A stretch of 64,000 nucleotides of DNA. Origin: Bacteriovoracaceae bacterium (GTDB lineage: Bacteria; Bdellovibrionota; Bacteriovoracia; Bacteriovoracales; Bacteriovoracaceae). Under the pieces are notes generated by a model. The model worked only from the letters and a program-made list of their open reading frames with translations, ran no database searches and was not told the DNA's origin. Below are positions 23,091 through 33,155 of this stretch, piece by piece. The stretch covers positions 10,341-74,340 of the forward strand of contig JBFGZE010000007.1 in the NCBI GenBank assembly GCA_041586955.1, in the 5' to 3' direction. How positions within the stretch are numbered: the first letter of the stretch is position 1; the number at the start of each line of letters is the position of its first letter. Position numbers and translations under genes: made by a program.

Positions 23091-23269
23091 TAGTTTAATA
23101 GGAGGAAAAGTGAATAATTTTCTTAAACTCGTATAATTTTTTTGGGCAAAGATGAGCAAAATAAGTTCAGAGCATCCTTCAAAAAAAATGGTTTCCATCA
23201 TTTCTCAAAATTTTAAAATTATCAAAAGCCGATGTTTTGGATAATGAAATAACCGACGAGTTTAATGAA

Positions 23270-23743
23270 TTACTGATTATTTGATAGATGGATAATATCT
23301 TCAATGACCTGTGAGAAGTCCTCTTGCATCGCTTCTGAATCAATCGCCATTCCATTCGCCAAGAGATTCATCTCTTCTTCTCGCTGTCGTGCTGCGGCCA
23401 TGTCACGACCAAATTCATTAAGTAGGCCAAAGGTCATCAAGCAAAAATCTAATTCATCCGCGAGGTGGCGATCAGATTCTGAAAAACTATCGCAAATAAC
23501 AATGAGGCGATGATCTTCTGGTATTTTGCGGTGAGCGAGCTTAATGAGGTTACGCGATTTCTTCATTTGGGGGGCGCAGAAAATCGCGTAATGGTGACCA
23601 GTCCTTTTGTAGCGACTGGTAAAGTGCCATAAGGTGGAGCGAGATAAGGCCAAATTTGTTTCATGTTCAAATAATTTAAAGGTATTTGTACAACAGCTAA
23701 CAAAGTTCTGTAAGGGGCCATTGACCCTCGCTTCTGTGCTCAT
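23270..23743 (-). CDS. Hypothetical protein
   Basis: About 157-aa ORF with SD GGAG six nt before ATG 23743 (alternative start 23749). Confidence 0.7.
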   Translation of the reverse strand: MSTEARVNGPLQNFVSCCTNTFKLFEHETNLALSRSTLWHFTSRYKRTGHHYAIFCAPQMKKSRNLIKLAHRKIPEDHRLIVICDSFSESDRHLADELDFCLMTFGLLNEFGRDMAAARQREEEMNLLANGMAIDSEAMQEDFSQVIEDIIHLSNNQ

Positions 23744-23766
23744 ACTCATCTCCTGGGATAATATTC

Positions 23767-23793
23767 TTATCGGTCCTGAGCAGAAAAAATTGA
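23767..23793 (-). promoter_or_regulatory. Sigma28 (FliA)-type promoter
   Basis: Minus strand TCAA-N15-ACCGATAA. Confidence 0.65.
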
Positions 23794-23890
23794 GAATTAA
23801 ATAAATTTAATTATGAGATGGAAAAACACCTTTTTTGGATAATCTGAGCAATTTACATTCAATAAGGATTTGTTATTGAAGTGAATTTGA

Positions 23891-24244
23891 TTAGTCGGTC
23901 TTTCTCGCTGACAGGCCAATCATAGGCCATGAAAGGACCATAATGACTCCACCGAGGGGGATTAGGTGAACCACTTGGCGCCATCCAAAAAAGGCAACGA
24001 GGTAAAGGTTTATTGAAAAGCATAAAACACCAAGCCAATTGAGCCAATAGAGTCGATTACTTATCGGTGACTTCAATAGAGCGAGATGCGCAAGTGCGTG
24101 TACCATCAAATAATGAGTCGCGGTTTCAACCTGGGCCAATTGATCTGGTCCTAGAACCTTTTTAAAGGCGTGAGCACCCATCGCTCCCATTGCAATACAA
24201 AAGGCGATCATAAAAAAGGGAAGGTTACGTCTGATGTGAATCAT
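23891..24244 (-). CDS. DUF423 (YgdD/TMEM256) family membrane protein
   Basis: GAMGAHA, TATHYLMVHALA, FSINLY, IPLGG. Confidence 0.85.
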   Translation of the reverse strand: MIHIRRNLPFFMIAFCIAMGAMGAHAFKKVLGPDQLAQVETATHYLMVHALAHLALLKSPISNRLYWLNWLGVLCFSINLYLVAFFGWRQVVHLIPLGGVIMVLSWPMIGLSARKTD

Positions 24245-24319
24245 AAGATTAAATCCTTAAGGCCTAAATTGGCCCTATATATGAGGTAGAAAAGGCCCCG
24301 TCAATGTATCCCCAGGGAA

Positions 24320-25414
24320 TCATTTCTTCTCTCCTGATAAAAGTAAAATATTTTTAGCGCGGTTGAGCCCTTTGCGGAGTTGTAAAGAGGCGGATGCCTT
24401 ATTCCCCGCAAGAAGAGCGTCGCTGTTGAGTGATTTTCCTCCATAGGATTGTTTGGATAGACGTGGGTACACTAAATGCAATTGTTTGGTTAATTGATTT
24501 TTGAGTACCATTAATTCTTTGCCAACACCTTGGATATTCTGATCAGCTTCTAGTTTTTGGCGTAACCCTAAGGAGAGACCTTTAAAAAATGATTTACGGT
24601 GATTGGCATTCGCTTTTTCTGTTAATTGATTCTTTTTGAAGTCCTGCCAAAGGCGTTCATATTCAAAGGATAAGAACTTTGCCATATAATCAGCGGTCTC
24701 AACATTTAAAGCGCTACCAATGATTTCAATGCCGGTGCGACCTTTTGATCGGTGGACAATGGGTTTGACCAGAAAGAGATCCATGACATCGTAAATGGCC
24801 TCAATCTTGGGAGTCATTTTTTTGGCCTCGAGTGCCATGCAGACATAAATTAGCTCTTCATCGTATTCATTAAAATCGTTTTGTCCTAAATTATATTCTT
24901 GTTGGTATTGCGCTGCCTTGAGTGCTGCGGCCTGTGCTTCATGGGGGTTTTGGCTATGAGAGAGGCGTAATAGTTTTTGTATTTTATCTAAAATTTTTTG
25001 ATTAGGGTTCGGCTGTGATTTGTGGACCTCTGGAAGAGAGAGGTAGGCGCGCTCAATACCATTACCTCCTAATAACTTGCATTGTTCCTTAAACTCTGGC
25101 CCATGGTCGTTCACTTCATTGCCATATTTGAGAAAGGTCAAAAAATGGGCCATTTCATGCTTGAGAACCTGCAATTGAATGTCTAAAGAATAATTCATCA
25201 ATGAGCGGTGCAGGGCAATTTGGTAGCGGGAGGGATCGAAATAACCCCATTTATTATTTTGTTCGAAAAGCACAATATGAAAGGGGACGTAATGGCCATT
25301 CCATTCAAACCGGCTACGGTGACAAGTAAGTCCCAACTCCTGCCGCATGATACGGCGGAAGTGGGACGTTAAGACTTTTGTGAATTGATTAATCTTCTCG
25401 GAGTAGACGAGCAT
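24320..25414 (-). CDS. SprT-like metalloprotease fused to DUF2786
   Basis: HEMAH...HGPEFK..C (SprT-like) followed by KIQKLLRLS.S.NPHEAQAA (DUF2786-like). Confidence 0.8.
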   Translation of the reverse strand: MLVYSEKINQFTKVLTSHFRRIMRQELGLTCHRSRFEWNGHYVPFHIVLFEQNNKWGYFDPSRYQIALHRSLMNYSLDIQLQVLKHEMAHFLTFLKYGNEVNDHGPEFKEQCKLLGGNGIERAYLSLPEVHKSQPNPNQKILDKIQKLLRLSHSQNPHEAQAAALKAAQYQQEYNLGQNDFNEYDEELIYVCMALEAKKMTPKIEAIYDVMDLFLVKPIVHRSKGRTGIEIIGSALNVETADYMAKFLSFEYERLWQDFKKNQLTEKANANHRKSFFKGLSLGLRQKLEADQNIQGVGKELMVLKNQLTKQLHLVYPRLSKQSYGGKSLNSDALLAGNKASASLQLRKGLNRAKNILLLSGEKK

Positions 25415-26187
25415 TAATCAATTTTACTAGCAACCGCCGCTTTGAGGTATTCAAGATTCATGCGGGCAATATTGCTGATATTGATGCCTTTGGGGCAGCT
25501 TGCTTCGCATTCGGCCTCATTAGTGCAATTTCCAAATCCCAATTCATCCATCTTGTCGACCATACTAAGTGCACGTTTCTCAGCTTCGACTTTACCTTGG
25601 GGCAAAAGTGCCAATTGAGAAATTTTAGCGGAAACAAATAACATCGCTGAAGCGTTATTACAGCTAGCAACACAAGCAGCACAACCAATACAAGAAGCTG
25701 CATCCATCGCTAAGTCAGAATCTAGCTTAGGGATGAGGATACTATTAGCGTCTTGAGCGTTTCCTGTGGCGACGTTAACAAAACCGCCGGCCTCGATGAT
25801 TTCATCAAATGCCGAACGGTCAATAATTAGGTCTTTATGAACTGGAAGGGCGCGGGCACGGAATGGCTCTATAACGATGGTATCGCCATCTTTATACTCA
25901 CGCATGTGCAATTGGCAGGTGGTGGTATTTTTTCGAGGTCCATGGGCCTGGCCGTTGATCATCAATGAGCACATACCGCAAATGCCTTCACGACAGTCAT
26001 GATCAAAGGCCACTGGCTCTTTGGACTCATTAACTAATTGCTCATTAAGTAAATCGAGCATTTCAAGGAATGACATATCCTTAGAAACACCAGATAGTTT
26101 ATAATCTACCATTTGGCCCTTATCATCTTGGTTCTTCTGGCGCCAAATTTTTAAATTAAGGGTCATTAAATTATTATCGTGACTCAT
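25414..26187 (-). CDS. sdhB: Succinate dehydrogenase/fumarate reductase iron-sulfur subunit
   Basis: [32 protein letters not shown]. Confidence 0.95.
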   Translation of the reverse strand: MSHDNNLMTLNLKIWRQKNQDDKGQMVDYKLSGVSKDMSFLEMLDLLNEQLVNESKEPVAFDHDCREGICGMCSLMINGQAHGPRKNTTTCQLHMREYKDGDTIVIEPFRARALPVHKDLIIDRSAFDEIIEAGGFVNVATGNAQDANSILIPKLDSDLAMDAASCIGCAACVASCNNASAMLFVSAKISQLALLPQGKVEAEKRALSMVDKMDELGFGNCTNEAECEASCPKGINISNIARMNLEYLKAAVASKID

Positions 26188-26197
26188 ATTACTTCCC

Positions 26198-28126
26198 TTA
26201 TTTATATGATCTTTGAGTTAAAGTTACATTTTCAAAAGTTAATTCTTCGGTGTGGCGAATAGGAGTATTGTCAACTCCTTGGAATTCCCAGGCCGCAACG
26301 TGAGCAAAGTTTTGATCATCACGTTTCGCTTCATTCTCTTCGGTTTGGGATTCCATTCTAAAATGACCACCACAGGATTCCCTTCTTTCTAGGGCATCAC
26401 GGGCCATTAATTCACCTAATTCTAAAAAGTCCGCGACACGGTTGGCCTTTTCCAATTCAATATTGACACCCACTTCCGTACCGGTCACTCTTAGATTTTT
26501 CCAAAATTCATCTCTTAACTTTTGAATTTTTTCAATGCCAGCTTTTAGACCTTCTTCTTCTCTTGCCATACCAACGTGTTCCCACATAATTTGACCAAGT
26601 TCTTTATGGAAAGAGTCAACAGAACGATTACCACCAATACTGAGAAGCTTTTGGAAACGCTCTTGGGCGGAATGATAAGCTTCATTAAATTCAGGAGAAT
26701 CGAGATCAACTGGAGTCTCCTCTGGTTTTTCTGTCGCTAAATAATTTCCGAGAGTATAGGGAATAACAAAATAGCCATCGGCCAAACCTTGCATTAATGC
26801 TGAAGCGCCTAAGCGGTTTGCTCCATGGTCAGAGAAATTGGCCTCACCCAAAACAAAAAGTCCTGGGACATTACTCATGAGGTTATAATCAACCCATAAT
26901 CCGCCCATCGTATAATGAACTGCTGGGTAAATTCTCATCGGAACGACGTACGGGTTCTCGTCGGTAATACTTTCATACATATCAAAGAGGTTACCGTATT
27001 TCGCCTTAATCGTTTCTAGGCCATCTCTTTCAATGGCGTCCTTGAAGTCGAGATAGACAGCGACTCCTGTTGCACCGACGCCCTTACCATCATCCACTTG
27101 ATTCTTGGCATTTCTTGAGGCGACATCACGTGGTACGAGGTTACCAAAAGAGGGGTAAATCCTCTCGAGATAATAATCGCGCTCATCCTCAGGAATATCT
27201 TTAGGACTTCTTTTATCACCTTTGGCCTTGGGAACCCAGACTCGACCGTCATTGCGTAATGACTCTGACATCAATGTCAGCTTGGATTGATTTTCCCCAT
27301 GAACGGGAATACAAGTGGGATGAATTTGAGTATAGCAAGGGTTAGCGAAATAGGCGCCTTTTTTATAAGCTTTCCAGGCAGCAGAACCGTTGGAGGCCAT
27401 GGCATTGGTCGAAAGGAAATAAGCATTCCCGTAACCACCAGTACAAAGAAGAACAGCATCGGCCTTATATTTTTCAAGCTCTCCTGTGATGACGTTACGA
27501 ACGATGATACCACGGGCCTTGCCGTCTACCATTACCAATTCTACCATTTCACGGCGAGTATAAATTTTCACTTTGCCTTTATGAGACTCTTTCATGAGAG
27601 CACTATAGGCCCCTAATAATAATTGCTGCCCCGTTTGGCCGCGAGCATAGAAGGTTCTTGAAACCTGAGCACCACCAAAAGAGCGATTACTCAAGGTCCC
27701 GCCGTAATCGCGAGCGAAAGGCACACCTTGGGCCGTACATTGATCGATGATATTATTAGAGACTTGAGCGAGACGGTAAACATTCGCCTCACGGGCGCGG
27801 AAATCCCCACCTTTAACAGTATCGTAAAAAAGACGCCAGACAGAATCTCCATCATTGGGGTAGTTTTTAGCAGCATTGATACCCCCTTGTGCGGCGATTG
27901 AATGAGCGCGCCGGGGAGAGTCTTGGATACAGAAAGCGTCTACATTATAGCCAAGCTCTGCAAGAGTCGCCGAAGCGGAAGCTCCCGCTAAACCTGTACC
28001 AACAACGATCACCTTAAATTTTCTTTTATTGGAAGGGTTAACCAATTTCATATTGAAACGGTGCTTATCCCATATTTCTTGAATGGGCCCTTCAGGTACA
28101 TTTCCATTTAATTTCTTAGAACTCAT
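26198..28126 (-). CDS. sdhA: Succinate dehydrogenase/fumarate reductase flavoprotein subunit
   Basis: [40 protein letters not shown]; start ATG 28126 after GGAGG. Confidence 0.95.
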   Translation of the reverse strand: MSSKKLNGNVPEGPIQEIWDKHRFNMKLVNPSNKRKFKVIVVGTGLAGASASATLAELGYNVDAFCIQDSPRRAHSIAAQGGINAAKNYPNDGDSVWRLFYDTVKGGDFRAREANVYRLAQVSNNIIDQCTAQGVPFARDYGGTLSNRSFGGAQVSRTFYARGQTGQQLLLGAYSALMKESHKGKVKIYTRREMVELVMVDGKARGIIVRNVITGELEKYKADAVLLCTGGYGNAYFLSTNAMASNGSAAWKAYKKGAYFANPCYTQIHPTCIPVHGENQSKLTLMSESLRNDGRVWVPKAKGDKRSPKDIPEDERDYYLERIYPSFGNLVPRDVASRNAKNQVDDGKGVGATGVAVYLDFKDAIERDGLETIKAKYGNLFDMYESITDENPYVVPMRIYPAVHYTMGGLWVDYNLMSNVPGLFVLGEANFSDHGANRLGASALMQGLADGYFVIPYTLGNYLATEKPEETPVDLDSPEFNEAYHSAQERFQKLLSIGGNRSVDSFHKELGQIMWEHVGMAREEEGLKAGIEKIQKLRDEFWKNLRVTGTEVGVNIELEKANRVADFLELGELMARDALERRESCGGHFRMESQTEENEAKRDDQNFAHVAAWEFQGVDNTPIRHTEELTFENVTLTQRSYK

Positions 28127-28128
28127 AA

Positions 28129-28800
28129 TTAATTCCCTCCTTGAAGAAAGCAGTAGATGGGAAGTGCGGCAAATCCTAAAGTGATCACGACAGCGTAAAG
28201 CTTCGAGAGGCATTTAAGGGCACAATTGTATTTAGGGTGGTTAAAACCTATTGATTGAAAAGCAGAGGCAAAGCCGTGGCTGACGTGTAGACCAAGAGCA
28301 AGCATAGCAATAACGTACCAAGCTACTGCGAAAGGGTTTTGGAAGTATTCAATTAAGAGCTTATAGAGATCTCTCATTTCCACACCATTATAGGAGGCGG
28401 TGTAAACGGGTCCAAACTTGAAATGGAGGATATGGAAAACAAGAAAAACAAGAATGGTCATACCGGTATAGGGCATAGTGGCCGAAGCGAAAGTCGCTCC
28501 ACGGCCAGTAGGTGTCTTCATATAATAAGAAACTGGGCGCGCTTTCTTATTCTCAATCGTCAGCCGGATTGCCAAGCCGATATGAGTGAGAAATATCGCC
28601 AATAATCCCGCTTCGGCAATATAAATGAGGGGGTTAGTGATAAGGGCATGGGCATAAGAATTAAACGCTTCCGCTCCGAGATAAATGAGGCAATTACCAA
28701 TAAGGTGACTGACTAAAAATCCACAAAGCAAAAGGCCTGTGATGGCCATCAATTGTTTTTTGACAACTGAAGAGCTCAAGCGCTTGCATAATGAAGACAT
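28129..28800 (-). CDS. sdhC: Succinate dehydrogenase cytochrome b subunit
   Basis: MAITG, TM helices with heme-ligand His, HVSHGF.SAFQSIG; first gene of the sdh operon. Confidence 0.92.
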   Translation of the reverse strand: MSSLCKRLSSSVVKKQLMAITGLLLCGFLVSHLIGNCLIYLGAEAFNSYAHALITNPLIYIAEAGLLAIFLTHIGLAIRLTIENKKARPVSYYMKTPTGRGATFASATMPYTGMTILVFLVFHILHFKFGPVYTASYNGVEMRDLYKLLIEYFQNPFAVAWYVIAMLALGLHVSHGFASAFQSIGFNHPKYNCALKCLSKLYAVVITLGFAALPIYCFLQGGN

Positions 28801-29019
28801 AGGACACGTACTCCTTGAAAAATGAACGTATGATAAAGATAAATCTTGCTTATAGTATCTGATAAATTTTAATAAATTAAGCCCTAATTAAAGTGCAGAG
28901 CGTATAAACAAAAAGCGATAACTACGCATATTCCAGAGAGTCGGATCGAATTACTCAAGTTTTGGTGCCGGTTTTACGATGAGTTGAACGAGGAATAATC
29001 CCTATGATTGGAGGTAATT

Positions 29020-29484
29020 GTGAATAAATGGTTATTGGGTATTTCTCTTTGTCTCGTGGGTACGAGTGTCATGGCGCAAGATCGACCAATAAGTAGGTTG
29101 AAAGAGAAGCGTCACGAGGCCCGCAAAGAGATGAAGAAAAAAAGGGCCGAGGCCCGATCCGAGTTTAGAAAAGATCGGCAAGAGGCCCGAGAAGAAATGA
29201 AGGAGAAGAGGGCCGAGGCACGAGAAAACTTTAAGGAGGATCGTAAGGCAGATCATCAGGCCTTTAAGGAGGCCAAAAAGGAGAATCGCGAGGCGATGAA
29301 AAATGGTGAAATTTCTAAAAAGGAAATGCGCCAAGAGAATCGCCAGGTCCATCGCAAATATAAAAATGAAAGGAGAAGAGAACGGCGTGAGATGCGCCAG
29401 CAAAAGCGTCAAACCCGGCGAAAGTTTCGCCAGGAAAGGCGCGCTGATCGCAAAGAAATGCGCCAGGCCCGTCGCCGACGTTAA
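29020..29484 (+). CDS. Secreted, highly charged K/R/E-rich repetitive helical protein
   Basis: GTG after GGAGG; signal peptide ending VMA; 22-aa repeat EARxEMKxKRAEARxxFxxDRx; downstream hairpin. Confidence 0.8.
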   Translation: MNKWLLGISLCLVGTSVMAQDRPISRLKEKRHEARKEMKKKRAEARSEFRKDRQEAREEMKEKRAEARENFKEDRKADHQAFKEAKKENREAMKNGEISKKEMRQENRQVHRKYKNERRRERREMRQQKRQTRRKFRQERRADRKEMRQARRRR

Positions 29485-29504
29485 TGAAATCGTAATATTA
29501 ACCT

Positions 29505-29532
29505 AGAGGGGGCCCATCTGGGCCTCCTCTTT
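29505..29532. terminator. Hairpin between convergent genes
   Basis: AGAGGGGGCCCA-TC-TGGGCCTCCTCT. Confidence 0.6.
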
Positions 29533-29623
29533 ACATATCGCCGCTCAGATCGCCAATTAACCAAGTGTCAAAATGCAATTTAAAGTCATGGTTATTTAAT
29601 TTCAAAAAGACTTTGGATGTAAA

Positions 29624-31459
29624 TTAATTGGGAGAATTATCATCAATTCTTTTTAAGATAGTCAGGTTCTCTGGTTTTTTACATAGATTCGAGCCATCGG
29701 CCTGTTTGAGGACTCGCCCTATTTGTGTCATATAAACTAAACCATCGACCCCGTCTCCTGTTACTTGATAATATTCAGTGAGTTGTGATCCCGCCATTTT
29801 TAATTTATGAAGAGGACCTTTAGTACTGAAATCTGTGTGCTTATCTAAAAAGGGATCATTTTTTTTGATTGCGCTGGTAAAATCGTCAAGAGAGATTTTA
29901 TCCTTTTCAAGCGCCTTTTGGAAATTTGGGCGATAGGTATACCGCTGGCCTTCTTTACTGATGATTAAATGCTGCCCCTCCTTTTTGACATTAAAGCCTA
30001 GTCCCGTCTCTAATTCCTTTTTAATGGCCCCAAAATAATTATCGAGAAAGCGATTATATTGTTGTGTGGTGAAATTTTTCCCTCGAATCAAGTATAGGCC
30101 TTTAATATATTGATCGAACGCCTCATTGATATTAAGAAGCGCTCTACCACGCTTACTTAATAATTTATGACCGCTTTTTGCCATTGGGCGGTTAATATAG
30201 CGGTTAACGGAAACCTTGGCGATTTTCAACTTCGTGTTTCGGTAGGCGTTGGAATAGGGTCGCATAAACCAATTATTATTAACAAAGCGACTTAAGGGGG
30301 GGCCAACTGCTATCCAGTTGAGGAATTCATTAGCGGCACCTCGAAAATAGGAGCCGGCGTTGAGTATAGAGTTAAGAACCGAGGTTCCCTTTTGATCAAA
30401 GGAAATATTAGAGGTTACTCGTCTGCCAAGTGTTGAGCCTCTAAGATCTGTAATTTTATCGGTGAACTTGCTGGCATTGGTGATCTTTTTACCAACGGAA
30501 GTTAATTTAGCTATTTTGATCATACTTGCTGGAACGGCAACCGCGCCCCCTAATAAGGCAAAGCCTCCCGCCTCGGCCAAAATACCGCAAATCAAATTAA
30601 GTTTATCATCGCAGGAATTGCATGAAAGTGCGTTGGCCTTTTGTAAACATTTTGACTCATAGGGATCGCCTTCCCATTTGGTACATCCGATGACCCCTCC
30701 ATAATAATCTTTAAGTCCCTCGATGATCGCTCTAAAATTCTTTTTAATACTATCATAAACTGCATCTGTGTTTCCCTCTTCAACGGCGGAGACAATCGAT
30801 TCACCCATAAAACTACGCAAGATTTCTCCCTTTTGGAAATTATCCTGCTTATTAAAATAGGAGTTCCAAATTGTTTTAGCGAGGGAACCCGCAAATTGTG
30901 GTATGTCATGAAAAACGAATTTTAATGTTGTCTTAAAGTCAGTTTTGATTTTTGACAAAAAATTGCCAATACAACCAACCTCAGTGCCAGCGGCAGGATC
31001 TTCTTTTTTGGAAAAAAGGTATTTCCAATCCTTTTTAAAACTATCTTTGACTTGACTAAAACATTGTTTCACAGTCAATGAGCATGAATCGACCTGATAC
31101 ATTTTATTGATTTCTTCTGCCGTACTGATCAATTCATTGAATTTTTCGTTATTGAGTGGCTCGCTGTGATTGGGATCGACACAGGGATTTTCTTGATTAT
31201 CAGGAGGCGTAAGGTCATGCTCGACAAAGGCCAGCGCTGAATCTTTACCTGTGCAGTGGAAGTTAAAGTTAAGAATTTGACCATCATCTTTGAAATAAAC
31301 CTTAAAACTGACCCTCGAAAGAGAGTTCTCCGTGCAGCTTTTTAAAGCTTCGCAATTTAAATATCCTTTTGTATTTTGTGAAAGTACTTTATCATAGAGT
31401 TCAGTTGCTAAACCAATGCTGGGAGTCGAGATGCCTAGAACAAAGATTATGATGGCCAT
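29624..31459 (-). CDS. Large secreted Cys-rich hypothetical protein
   Basis: About 610-aa ORF; likely start MAIIIFVLG (31459) or MINSL (31504); paired Cys, central GFALLGGAVAVP hydrophobic segment, basic C-terminal half. Confidence 0.7.
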   Translation of the reverse strand: MAIIIFVLGISTPSIGLATELYDKVLSQNTKGYLNCEALKSCTENSLSRVSFKVYFKDDGQILNFNFHCTGKDSALAFVEHDLTPPDNQENPCVDPNHSEPLNNEKFNELISTAEEINKMYQVDSCSLTVKQCFSQVKDSFKKDWKYLFSKKEDPAAGTEVGCIGNFLSKIKTDFKTTLKFVFHDIPQFAGSLAKTIWNSYFNKQDNFQKGEILRSFMGESIVSAVEEGNTDAVYDSIKKNFRAIIEGLKDYYGGVIGCTKWEGDPYESKCLQKANALSCNSCDDKLNLICGILAEAGGFALLGGAVAVPASMIKIAKLTSVGKKITNASKFTDKITDLRGSTLGRRVTSNISFDQKGTSVLNSILNAGSYFRGAANEFLNWIAVGPPLSRFVNNNWFMRPYSNAYRNTKLKIAKVSVNRYINRPMAKSGHKLLSKRGRALLNINEAFDQYIKGLYLIRGKNFTTQQYNRFLDNYFGAIKKELETGLGFNVKKEGQHLIISKEGQRYTYRPNFQKALEKDKISLDDFTSAIKKNDPFLDKHTDFSTKGPLHKLKMAGSQLTEYYQVTGDGVDGLVYMTQIGRVLKQADGSNLCKKPENLTILKRIDDNSPN

Positions 31460-31883
31460 TATACTCTTATTTGCCACGAATATATTTTCCAATGAATTAA
31501 TCATTCCCAAATCTTGGGAATTGGTGAAAGAAAATAAGGACGCACGGAGGTTTAAGCTAAAAAATATGCGCTTGATTGTCAGTAAAGCGCCTTCTAGGCC
31601 AGCAAACTTACAAAAAGATCTGATCAATGTTTTAAGAATACAAAAAGAAAAACAAATGACCGAATTAAAGGGAAGGTTGCTAAATTTTAAGGTGCTTGAA
31701 AACAATGAATCACGGCTTTTGATTGAATCAAGATTGGAACTCCAAAATGAGATTCGCTTCGAATTATTTTCATTTATTTGGTGCAATCAAGACTCCTATC
31801 AAGTTTATTCTGTTTTGAAGAATAAAGGGGAGCTTTCATTTGCAAAAGAAAGTACGAAGAAAGTTCTTTGTCAAAATAAATAA
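31431..31883 (+). CDS. Small secreted hypothetical protein
   Basis: SD GGAG 5 nt before ATG 31431; signal peptide MPRTKIMMAIILLFATNIFS. Confidence 0.6.
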   Translation: MPRTKIMMAIILLFATNIFSNELIIPKSWELVKENKDARRFKLKNMRLIVSKAPSRPANLQKDLINVLRIQKEKQMTELKGRLLNFKVLENNESRLLIESRLELQNEIRFELFSFIWCNQDSYQVYSVLKNKGELSFAKESTKKVLCQNK

Positions 31884-32127
31884 CCTCAAAAATACCCGTC
31901 ACAACTGCCCCTGAACCTTTTCTTAATAATATTTTATAGGAACTAAAAATAGAATCAATTGACACGGCCTGAATTGTGAACGGAATTGATTTATTATATT
32001 AGTAAATCTAATGATAACTTATAGTTAGGTATATAGTTTTTAAAAAAAGGTATCAACAGATGCCTGTCATTTTTGCTCTGTAAGGCATTTTCTTAGTGAA
32101 GCAGGTGATAATGATGTTTTTTGAGTG

Positions 32128-32152
32128 GGCCCCGAAGACTTTCTTCAGGGCC
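32128..32152. terminator. Hairpin downstream of the yceI-like gene
   Basis: GGCCCCGAAGA-CTT-TCTTCAGGGCC. Confidence 0.45.
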
Positions 32153-32161
32153 GTCGCTTTT

Positions 32162-32728
32162 TTATTTGCAGTTTTTTAAATTGGCGGTAATTTCAATATT
32201 GACATCAGACCAGGTTTTTCCTTCATGAAGGGCAAAACATGCTTTATTCAATGCCGCTAATTCTCTATTCATACCAAAGTCTAGCACATCGATAGTCGCC
32301 TTAGCGCTTAAAACTCCTTTATTAACACTACGTTTGAAATCAATGACTTTACTTTTCTCATTAAAGGACAGTTCGATACTAATTATATCTTTGGTCACTT
32401 TCGTGACTTTCCCTGTAATCGTCGTTCCGCTTTTCATCGTGCTAAAAAAGAATTTGGCAATCTTTTTATCTCGAGCGGGGTTTTTAGTGCTGATTGATGT
32501 CGTTTCAATGCTGATTTCCTGGCCTAATAAGGTTGCATCGAGGTCTTTTTGGGCAGCACGGGCAATTAAATCTAGATTGGTAAAACTTCCACCAACTCCG
32601 ACTTTCTTTTTGGTTTTAAAGGCGGTCCATTTGACATTAATATCATCGTTGCTTATTTGGCATTTTGCCTGAGCAGCGGTTCCTAAGATGACACCCAAGA
32701 AAAGGGGAAAGAGAATCCTTGTCTTCAT
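32162..32728 (-). CDS. YceI-like lipid/polyisoprenoid-binding periplasmic protein
   Basis: Signal peptide; VKWTAFK...VGGSF, SIST.N..RD..I..FFF. Confidence 0.8.
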   Translation of the reverse strand: MKTRILFPLFLGVILGTAAQAKCQISNDDINVKWTAFKTKKKVGVGGSFTNLDLIARAAQKDLDATLLGQEISIETTSISTKNPARDKKIAKFFFSTMKSGTTITGKVTKVTKDIISIELSFNEKSKVIDFKRSVNKGVLSAKATIDVLDFGMNRELAALNKACFALHEGKTWSDVNIEITANLKNCK

Positions 32729-32787
32729 TTATTAAATCCTTTATTACTAATTAGCTTGAGAGCAATGGTAATTCAAGGGAGGTCAGC

Positions 32788-33039
32788 ATGCAAGAAGTGT
32801 GTGAATATCCGGCCGAACATTGGGTCGAATTAAAAGGTGATCCTTTTTATCGTGGCCGCATTGTTATTTACCCGGTCTCGGAGCGGTTTCATTTGGATGT
32901 GGATATCGTCTATAAAGATTCCCCCAAGATTTTCTGTCATATTGGAACTTTTCTTGGCAACGAGGATGAGCGTGAAAGTTTATGGCAAGGTATTCGAGAA
33001 TTAGAAAACTTTATTTATGCGCGTCAAACTTTTGACTAG
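32788..33039 (+). CDS. Small hypothetical protein
   Basis: Strong SD GGGAGG; 83-aa ORF. Confidence 0.7.
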   Translation: MQEVCEYPAEHWVELKGDPFYRGRIVIYPVSERFHLDVDIVYKDSPKIFCHIGTFLGNEDERESLWQGIRELENFIYARQTFD

Positions 33040-33129
33040 ATGACTGTGGGCGTTAGTCATCTTATTGGCACCATTGATTTTAAAACCACGTGAACCATCC
33101 ACTTCTGGTCCTTTTTGAGATCTCATTTT

Positions 33130-33145
33130 TGGCACGCTCTTTGCT
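33130..33145 (+). promoter_or_regulatory. Sigma54 (-24/-12) promoter
   Basis: TGGCACG-CTCT-TTGCT, exact match to consensus TGGCACG-N4-TTGCW, in intergenic DNA. Confidence 0.75.
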
Positions 33146-33155
33146 ATATATTTAA

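Noticed and set aside
29032..29412. 126-aa very hydrophobic minus-strand ORF
   Set aside because: Mirror of the purine-rich K/R/E gene on the plus strand
31460..31786. 109-codon N-terminal extension of the 720-aa minus-strand ORF
   Set aside because: It is the antisense of the plus ORF 31431..31883 with third codon positions aligned, a register where stops are rare; the signal peptide only begins at about 31459-31504
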